Shown: one piece after another, positions 25,036 to 31,187 of the stretch
How positions within the stretch are numbered: position 1 is the stretch's first letter
How the letters are laid out: each line of letters begins with the position of its first letter
Source: Nostoc punctiforme PCC 73102
GTDB lineage: Bacteria; Cyanobacteriota; Cyanobacteriia; Cyanobacteriales; Nostocaceae
DNA: 32,000 bases
NCBI RefSeq assembly: GCF_000020025.1
Contig: NC_010628.1
Location: forward strand, 4,140,001-4,172,000
Direction of reading: 5' to 3'
Position numbers and translations under genes: made by a program
The notes under the pieces: model-generated
What the model saw: only the letters and a program-made list of their open reading frames with translations
The model's database searches: none
What the model was told of the DNA's origin: nothing

Positions 25036-25183
25036 CAGATCAAATGCTTGCGTGCCAAGGCTTTCAACTTTAAGAACCGACTAATTTCTTAGATTTTTCT
25101 TACTCAAGAATTGCTTGAGGCGGATTGATAATGTAAATAGAAAAAAGAATGGTAGAAACTCAGCTAGTTAAATACAGAGAATT

Positions 25184-26923
25184 TCAAAAGTTAAGTTGTT
25201 GGATCAATTGTTCATTCCAATCTTTAGTTGTTGGTCGCAGTCGTTTAGCGTGAGGTAAAATCTCTCTTATTTGTTTAGCAATTTGATCAGCAGTTGCATC
25301 ATTATCATAGGCAGCAATTATAGTGGGAATTTTTGTAAAAAATTCGGAAGTTGGTATGCTAATAACACTATCTGCTGCCAAATATAAAGTTTTCTCTTTT
25401 GGGGGTAAAAGTGTTGCAATTCAAAGTACTTCGATGGGAGATTTAACAATAACTGCGCGAGAAATTTCATCACTGGTTTGTCCACCAATTGTCAGATGGA
25501 ACCATCCGGCAGTACGTTTAGTACCTATAGCAAAGCCAACAAATGTGTTATCTCTACCCTGAGTACCGCGAAGAAAAGCGCCTGTGGTTTCTCCAGTCAA
25601 GTTTCGCATGATAAATACAGCATTTGCATTTTTGTCAGCGTAAATTAAACCGTTTGTGTGGAGAATATCAATTAAATATTCAGGGATTTTTCGTTGGGAT
25701 GTCAAATAATTGTGTACATCTGTCCAATGAGTTTCATCGCTCAATGGTGGCTTGAAAGGAGAATTTAAATCGTATTTACTAATCTTTTCTACTTGAGAAC
25801 GGATGTGATGGTTAAGAGCTTTAATTAATTGGGTGGAAGAAAAATGCTCTGCTAACCATTTCAGTGCGTTCTTACAATTACATCGATTGACGTGCATCAC
25901 TAAATCAATTGCGCCACCACCACCTTTTTGGTAAGTGCCAAAGTCATAAAATTTTGAATCAATAATACTAATGATGTGCCCTTCTCCCTTCCATCGGTTC
26001 TGACCTTTTTTATCGGGAAAAAGTCCTAACTTGTAAGCCACATAATCTAAAGGTAAGTCTCGTAAAAGTTCCGCTTGTGCTTTCAACTGGGCTACTTCTA
26101 ACTCCAGTTCACAAATGCGTTTTTCTAAACTCTGCCGTTCTCTTTCGGAAGCTAAAGCAGTAAGAGCTAAATGTTCTTTTTCGCTAAGTATTCGTTTTCG
26201 GTCAGCTAGTTGATAATTAACATTGTTGAGAGTAGGTTGAAGAGATTCTTGAACTTGTTCAAGATATGTAACTGCGTTTTGATGTTGTTGAGGCTGAGGA
26301 AAAATTTCTTTGATATCCAAGTTAAATGTTTGCTGGTTGACTTGGGCATAGTATTTTTTGATATCTGTGTGTTTGGCTCTTGAACCTTTGATTCCCCGTT
26401 CAATGCCAAGATGTGCAACCGCATTGGCAAAGCTGTCCTGCATTTGTGACAATTTTTGTCTGCCATTGAATAAAGCTCGGCAGTTGAGTTTACCATGATT
26501 ATCGAGCGGTACTATATAAGCATGAATATGAGGAGTTACTTCATCCAGATGTAACTCGGCTCTGACGACTCTATCGGTGTAACGTTCTAGCAACCATTTA
26601 CTAGATGCTTCGACAAAATTATCTAAAAAGTCTTGGTTGTAAGTGCCTGCTTGTGATGGGTTTTCGGGACGGAAATATTGAGGGCTGGCACTCAATAACA
26701 TTTCTATTGCCAAGACAGCGTTGGAGCGGATTTTTTGACCGCCAATTTTCTCTTTGAATAGAGTCTCCATATCTATATCGTCAGCATTCCCAATTACCCG
26801 AATATTTTTTATCGATGGGTCTGCATTAGGAGTATCACGCTCTCTAGTAGTGTGCAAAGAGCTGCTTCCAAGTTCTCCCCAAGACTTGATTTTCTGAATT
26901 CTGCAAATTGCGTAAGTAGGCAT
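25184..26923 (-). pseudogene. MobV-family relaxase fused to DUF3991/Toprim (primase-like) region, 580 codons in one frame, interrupted by a single in-frame TGA (25421-25423)
   Basis: N-terminus MPTYAICRIQKIKSWGELGSSSLHTTRERDTPNAD and the HxDE..PHxH motif (AELHLDEVTPHIHAYIVPL) match MobV/Mob_Pre relaxases. The C-terminal part has GGGAIDLVMHV, then IYADKNANAVFIMRNLTGETTGAFLRGT (DUF3991-like), then SPIEVL. Track ORFs 25421-26923 and 25184-25381 are in the same frame. Reading through the TGA gives SPIEVL*IATLLPPKEKTLYLAADSVISIP...IIAAYDNDATADQIA...KDWNEQL, which is Toprim DxD-like. Confidence 0.8.
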
Positions 26924-27139
26924 ATTTGCATCTTCCCACAGTCAGGATACAGAAATTATCTATGCTTGCCGGGTCAACATTTATTTTTATTTCTTAAAAA
27001 TTATTTTACCAGACTTGATATTTAGAAGTGAGCTACTTAGACTTGCCTAACAATGTTCAGCTTTGCCGTTTTTGTACCCTTACGCTTTAAGCAAGCTAGA
27101 CGTAGCTTCTGCGTTAGGAGACGCGTCTATACAAATAAA

Positions 27140-27169
27140 TTACAAATAAATTAAAGGTTTTGGTATAAT
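27140..27169 (+). promoter_or_regulatory. Candidate sigma-70-type promoter (TTACAA-N18-TATAAT with TG-extended -10) pointing toward the four-helix-bundle/RHH genes
   Basis: ttacaa at 27140-27145 and tggtataat with tataat at 27164-27169. This is sequence pattern only. The -35 overlaps a tandem 11-mer (ACAAATAAATT x2, 27131-27152). Confidence 0.25.
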
Positions 27170-27514
27170 TACATTCCTTTTGACCAGTCTAAAACAGTAA
27201 GCCCAAAGCTATTCACCAAACAGTGGACAAAGCTAGACAACTAGCTCTGCTACTGGACAGATAGCCAGTTCCTAAGTCTTACTCTTAAGGTTAGTCCAGT
27301 TCGTTACAAGTATTGCAAGTCGGTTCACCGCAATGATGGATATATATATGCATTTTCCACAAATGTCCAATGAATCGGCGCTTAAAGGAATAGCGATCGC
27401 GGCTATATCTCCCAACGGTATCTTTATGATAGTTGTTTCCCAGACACGATCCAATTGCCCATATAAAATCATCTATATCGTATATACGCGGATATCCCGT
27501 ATGCGATGATGGTA

Positions 27515-28125
27515 GTGAGAAGAGTCGGGGGAGTAGGGGGAGATGGGGAGGTAGGGGGAGTGAGTAAATATTAGACAGAGAAGCAAATGGTTAAAGAACT
27601 GGTTAGAAAACACCAAGATTTAGAAATTTATAAGATGGCATTTGATATGGCGATGCAAATTTTTGAATTATCGAAAAAGTTTCCTGTGGAGGAAAGGTAT
27701 TCGCTTACCGATCAAATTCGTCGTTCAGACGCTCCTAACGTCGCTAACGCTTCGCTATCCCGTTCTGTGTGTGCGAATTTAGCTGAGGCATGGAGAAAGC
27801 GTCGATATGAGGCAGCATTCGTCGCAAAATTGAATGATTGTGAATCAGAAGCAGCCGAAACTCAAACCTGGATAGAGTTTAGTGTTAAATGTGGTTACTT
27901 GGATGTTGAGATTGGTCGAGAACTCTACGGAACCTATAACCAGATTTTGAGTGGATTAGTCAATATGATTAATCATTCGGAATCTTGGTTGATGAAGCAC
28001 TAAGAGACTTGCAAGTAAATAACCATTCCATCGCTTTTGAAGCTGGGGGAGAAAGAGCATTTCCTTCCACTACTCCCCCTACTCCCGCTACTTCCCCCAC
28101 TTCCCCGACTCTTCTCACTTCTCAC
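27515..28125. other. ~610-bp cassette: four-helix-bundle gene bounded by ~50-bp imperfect inverted repeats made of G-runs (G-quadruplex-type motifs on opposite strands)
   Basis: The upstream arm is GTGAGAAGAGTCGGGGGAGTAGGGGGAGATGGGGAGGTAGGGGGAGTGAG (27515-27564). The reverse complement of 28068-28118 is GTGAGAAGAGTCGGGGAAGTGGGGGAAGTAGCGGGAGTAGGGGGAGTAGTG. The first 16 nt are identical and overall identity is roughly four-fifths. Four G4-5 runs with 4-5-nt loops lie at 27527-27558. Confidence 0.7.
27587..28003 (+). CDS. Four-helix-bundle protein (23S rRNA intervening-sequence protein family; same fold family as DGR Avd), 138 aa
   Basis: HQDLEIYKMAFDMAMQIFELSKKFPVEERYSLTDQIRRS...SVCANLAEAWRKRRYEAAFVAKLNDCESEAAETQTWIEF matches the conserved core of this family as I recall it. 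Confidence 0.8.
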   Translation: MVKELVRKHQDLEIYKMAFDMAMQIFELSKKFPVEERYSLTDQIRRSDAPNVANASLSRSVCANLAEAWRKRRYEAAFVAKLNDCESEAAETQTWIEFSVKCGYLDVEIGRELYGTYNQILSGLVNMINHSESWLMKH

Positions 28126-28636
28126 TTCTGGACAACAAAAGCGCGAGGGACTGGTGGAATATCCGCAGATAAATATAAAACTTCTCTCAGAAGAAGACCG
28201 GGAGTTGGTGAAGCAGGCCAAGCAGCGTGCTGAGGATTTGCGCTTAACTTTTAAAGAGTTTGTGCTGGATTGTATTAGAAACGCACTTGTAGAAGAGAGT
28301 CCCAATAGTGCAGATAGTGCAACTGCTGCCGAAATTGAAGCTTTGAAAGTTCAAATCGCCGCCCTGTCAGAGAAAGTGAGTATTCCTTCTGCGACCAAAA
28401 CGGAAGTGCATACGCTCCAGGAAAGGGTAAATCAATTGCGGGTGGGGATTTCAAATGAAATTAAGAAGGATAGGGAGCAACTTGCTTCTTTGGCGCTGGC
28501 GCTCTCCCGACTTGAAAGCCAAATTGAACAGCTGGTGCCTTCCTTAAATCTTCAAGTGGATGGCGAGGTAAATTCAAACAGTGATGGCGATTGGCTTTTT
28601 GGAGAAGACTCCGGTGCTGAACTACCGTTAACTTAA
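28037..28636 (+). CDS. Putative ribbon-helix-helix + coiled-coil protein; true start probably GTG 28154 (~160 aa)
   Basis: From 28154 it reads VEYPQINIKLLSEEDRELVKQAKQRAEDLRLTFKEFVLDCIRNAL, a beta-strand/helix/helix pattern of RHH (CopG/Arc-like) domains. A heptad-like stretch AAEIEALKVQIAALSEKV follows. The track's first 39 codons (MKLGEKEHFLPLLPLLPLLPPLP...) merely read through the C-rich repeat arm. The stop TAA 28634-28636 lies inside the IS701-type inverted repeat. Confidence 0.45.
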   Translation: MKLGEKEHFLPLLPLLPLLPPLPRLFSLLTSGQQKREGLVEYPQINIKLLSEEDRELVKQAKQRAEDLRLTFKEFVLDCIRNALVEESPNSADSATAAEIEALKVQIAALSEKVSIPSATKTEVHTLQERVNQLRVGISNEIKKDREQLASLALALSRLESQIEQLVPSLNLQVDGEVNSNSDGDWLFGEDSGAELPLT

Positions 28637-30030
28637 CCCTCTTGTGTCACTATCGCGGTAGTATAATAATGTACAAAGCCTAGAACCAAGACATAAAGCA
28701 TGGTAGAGCCTCGTTCACCCATAAAAACCGTCAAGTTTGTGGATGAATATTGCTTATGGTATAAAAACCTGTTTTCAGATGTTAGGAATTTTGAAGCTTT
28801 CAAATATCTACATATAGGATGTATTTCCGATTTAAAACGGAAAAGTCTACCTGAAATAGCGAAAATTGTCGGGCTAGATAACTATCAAGGACTACATCAT
28901 TTCTTAACTACACCATCATGGTCAGTAGAACAGTTAAGAGCTTTGCGATTACAACTAATTTTAGAGGTACTAAAAGGAAGACCAATCATTTTAATTATTG
29001 ATGAAACAGGAGATAAAAAGAAAGGTAATACCACAGATTATGTGAAACGTCAGTACATAGGCAATTTAGGAAAAGTAGAGAATGGCGTTGTGGCAGTCAC
29101 AGCTTACGGTATGTTCTGTGGAATGACATTTCCACTGCTGTTTGAAGTATACAAGCCACGAGAAAAATTAAAGCCAGGAGACAAATATCTTACTAAGCCT
29201 CAAATCGGGGCAATGCTAATACGCAAGCTACAGTTAATGGGATTCAAATTCAACTTGGTACTAGCAGATAGCTTATATGGTGAGAGTAGCACAAATTTTA
29301 TACCCGTATTAGATGAATTAGATTTAAATTATCTAGTAGCAATTCGCTCAAACCATTCTGTAGCATTGCTTAAAGGTCAGTATACTCAATATTTAAACTG
29401 GCATAAGTTTAAAAGAGTATTCTCTGACTTAAGTAGTGAGAATCGGTTTATTAGAGAAATAATACATGGCAAACGTAGCAATCATAGGTATTGGCAAATT
29501 ACTACAGACACTCTTAACTTACCTGGAAACTCTACCTGGTATGTAATGAGTAAATACCCAGACATTACACCAAGAGAAGTTGGGAATTTCTATGGCTTTA
29601 GGACATGGGTTGAGTATGGTTTAAAACAAAGTAAGAATCAGTTAGGTTGGGCAGATTATCGTTTTACTTGCTATGAAGATATTGAACGGTGGTGGGAGAT
29701 TATTTGTAGCGCCTACTTAATGGTTAGTCTTCATTCAGAATCTCTGCGCCCTTATCCCCTAGATTCTCAATCAACATTTGCTTCACATCAGAGGTGGGAT
29801 AATGGTAAAGGTTGGAAGAATATTCTCAATAATCTCCGTCTCATCCTTCAACCTTTTACCCTATTTAATTTAATTCAGCCTTGGCTTTCAGTTTTTCCTA
29901 TTCCTCATTTATCTTTGGGATTTGCTAAACTCCAATCTGTTGTTTATTACCTTACCTATCCTACTTTTATATCCCTGACTGACCCTGATTTCTATTTTTC
30001 CTCTGCCTAAAGTGACACAACAGGGTTAAG
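28632..30030 (+). mobile_element. IS701-family insertion sequence (~1.4 kb), apparently intact
   Basis: The 19-bp terminal inverted repeats are CTTAACCCTCTTGTGTCAC (28632-28650) and the reverse complement of 30012-30030, CTTAACCCTGTTGTGTCAC (18/19). They enclose a full-length transposase ORF. No clear target-site duplication was seen. Confidence 0.75.
28700..30010 (+). CDS. IS701-family (DDE_5-type) transposase, 436 aa
   Basis: Motifs PIILIIDETGDKKKG, NLVLADSLYGES and FRTWVEYGLKQSKNQLGW fit the D, D, E regions of IS701-like transposases as I recall them. The frame is uninterrupted. Confidence 0.7.
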   Translation: MVEPRSPIKTVKFVDEYCLWYKNLFSDVRNFEAFKYLHIGCISDLKRKSLPEIAKIVGLDNYQGLHHFLTTPSWSVEQLRALRLQLILEVLKGRPIILIIDETGDKKKGNTTDYVKRQYIGNLGKVENGVVAVTAYGMFCGMTFPLLFEVYKPREKLKPGDKYLTKPQIGAMLIRKLQLMGFKFNLVLADSLYGESSTNFIPVLDELDLNYLVAIRSNHSVALLKGQYTQYLNWHKFKRVFSDLSSENRFIREIIHGKRSNHRYWQITTDTLNLPGNSTWYVMSKYPDITPREVGNFYGFRTWVEYGLKQSKNQLGWADYRFTCYEDIERWWEIICSAYLMVSLHSESLRPYPLDSQSTFASHQRWDNGKGWKNILNNLRLILQPFTLFNLIQPWLSVFPIPHLSLGFAKLQSVVYYLTYPTFISLTDPDFYFSSA

Positions 30031-30221
30031 CATGGGAATTGAAGAATGGGGACGGCGTAAAGCCTGCGGCATAGCTACGCTTAACGCGCAGCGTCTCGTA
30101 GAGAATAAATTCGCCTGCGCCTTTCTTTTATGCTTTCAAGCACCAGGTGTCCCCGCAGCAGAACACTTGGTGTAGTTCACCTGACTTGATTGAAATCTGC
30201 TGTAATTATTTAGTGGAGATT

Positions 30222-30974
30222 TTAGCCTTGTGTGAGCGTTAATTCTTCACGCTTGGCGGAATTGACAATTTTCACCAAGTGCTGATTGAGATAACTTTGG
30301 GCCGAAATGTACAGACTTTCCCAAATTTCTTGATTGCGACAAATTTTAGTCCCCACTGTATTTCCTGCTGTTTTCTCCGATATCAAGTATTTACGGTAAT
30401 AGTTACCCCACAGGTGTTGGAGAAAGTTTTCGGCGAATTCGTCAAAAGGAATAATCCAGTTATAGTCTTGGTCTAGGAATACCCGATAGGATGCAATTAT
30501 GGGTAGTGCCAGGTCAGTTGGCGCACCAAACCCAAACGAGTACTTGCTGTCGGGGAGAAGGGTAGTTTTGCGTGTATCGATTGATGCTAAGTCGTTGACA
30601 CCCTTTCTTCTGGGGTTGCTGATATGTTCTTGGATGATTTCGTACAGTCTTTGCTCAATCCACAGAGCTTTGGGAAGTAGAGGCAATAGAAGAGTTAATC
30701 TTTCTCTCTCAGTGTCTGTGATTTGGCTTGGGGTATTCGTACCTGTAGGGTGCTTGCTTCGTTTATTGCCGTCGGGATTGTATCTATTTCTGTCGAGGCA
30801 GTTTAGAAGCTTGAACAAGTGGTTAACATTACACTGAGCATTTCTAGGAGCGCCACTTTGGTTTTGGTAATAGGCTATTCTAAATTTTCTATCTTCTGCT
30901 CTTTCTAACTGGGCTAAATACTGCTTGATAAATTTGTAATCTCCCCTGGCGTTGACTTTGGAGCGAGAATCCAC
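30222..30974 (-). CDS. Hypothetical protein; reading frame stays open upstream to 31178, so it is probably the 3' part of a gene truncated by the IS630-type element
   Basis: The track model starts at GTG 30972-30974. The same frame continues upstream without a stop (LGRLLEVLEASEGGSDGIINGGHTVLAFEQAKNYKYDLTQARVKVTIHIGLQEEEAKDIALASNTTSP-VDSRSK...) to a TAG at 31179-31181, 9 nt from the transposase stop. No ATG occurs in that extension. I recognise no family. Confidence 0.5.
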   Translation of the reverse strand: MDSRSKVNARGDYKFIKQYLAQLERAEDRKFRIAYYQNQSGAPRNAQCNVNHLFKLLNCLDRNRYNPDGNKRSKHPTGTNTPSQITDTERERLTLLLPLLPKALWIEQRLYEIIQEHISNPRRKGVNDLASIDTRKTTLLPDSKYSFGFGAPTDLALPIIASYRVFLDQDYNWIIPFDEFAENFLQHLWGNYYRKYLISEKTAGNTVGTKICRNQEIWESLYISAQSYLNQHLVKIVNSAKREELTLTQG

Positions 30975-31187
30975 AGGAGAAGTGGTATTTGAGGCGAGGG
31001 CTATATCTTTAGCCTCCTCTTCCTGGAGTCCGATGTGGATGGTAACTTTGACTCTGGCTTGGGTTAGGTCATATTTGTAATTTTTAGCTTGCTCAAACGC
31101 TAAAACTGTGTGACCTCCATTGATAATGCCATCGCTACCCCCCTCGCTAGCTTCTAATACTTCTAGTAGTCTGCCAAGCTAACTTTG

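Noticed and set aside
3879-25423. The two in-frame TGA codons (IS4 transposase, relaxase-Toprim) as evidence for TGA recoding (Trp/Sec or an alternative genetic code).
   Set aside because: TGA clearly works as a normal terminator in this window. The 978-aa CHAT ORF ends ...GDYTALN-TGA at 4627-4629 and the trypco2-like ORF ends ...RTELE-TGA at 22303-22305. Both interrupted genes belong to mobile/transfer functions surrounded by other decay, so point nonsense mutations are the simpler explanation.
27272-27472. 66-aa minus-strand ORF between the relaxase upstream region and the four-helix-bundle cassette.
   Set aside because: No motif and an Ile/Leu-rich composition. It contains a HIP1 site and lies in a region better explained as regulatory or remnant DNA. 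I kept it out of the feature list, although a small real gene cannot be excluded.
27985-28305. The 82-aa (+) and 101-aa (-) ORFs and the first 39 codons of ORF 28037-28636 (LPLLPLLPLLPPLP..., SGGSSGSRGSSG...).
   Set aside because: They are translations of the C-rich/G-rich repeat arm of the four-helix-bundle cassette. The peptides are low-complexity, and a plausible RHH start (GTG 28154) lies just beyond the repeat.
853-30837. The many 64-147-aa ORFs nested in or antisense to large genes: 853-1071, 1059-1274, 1623-1844, 2719-3009, 5354-5551, 6981-7196, 7209-7409, 8065-8268, 8683-8898, 10497-10706, 11016-11237, 11817-12071, 13687-13902, 15071-15286, 19367-19561, 21875-22072, 22008-22451, 26206-26496, 30279-30476 and 30499-30837.
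   Set aside because: Each overlaps a much longer ORF with recognisable domains or coherent composition. They have odd compositions (Ser/Leu/Ile/Cys-rich) typical of off-frame translation of AT-rich DNA, and I saw no RBS or motif.
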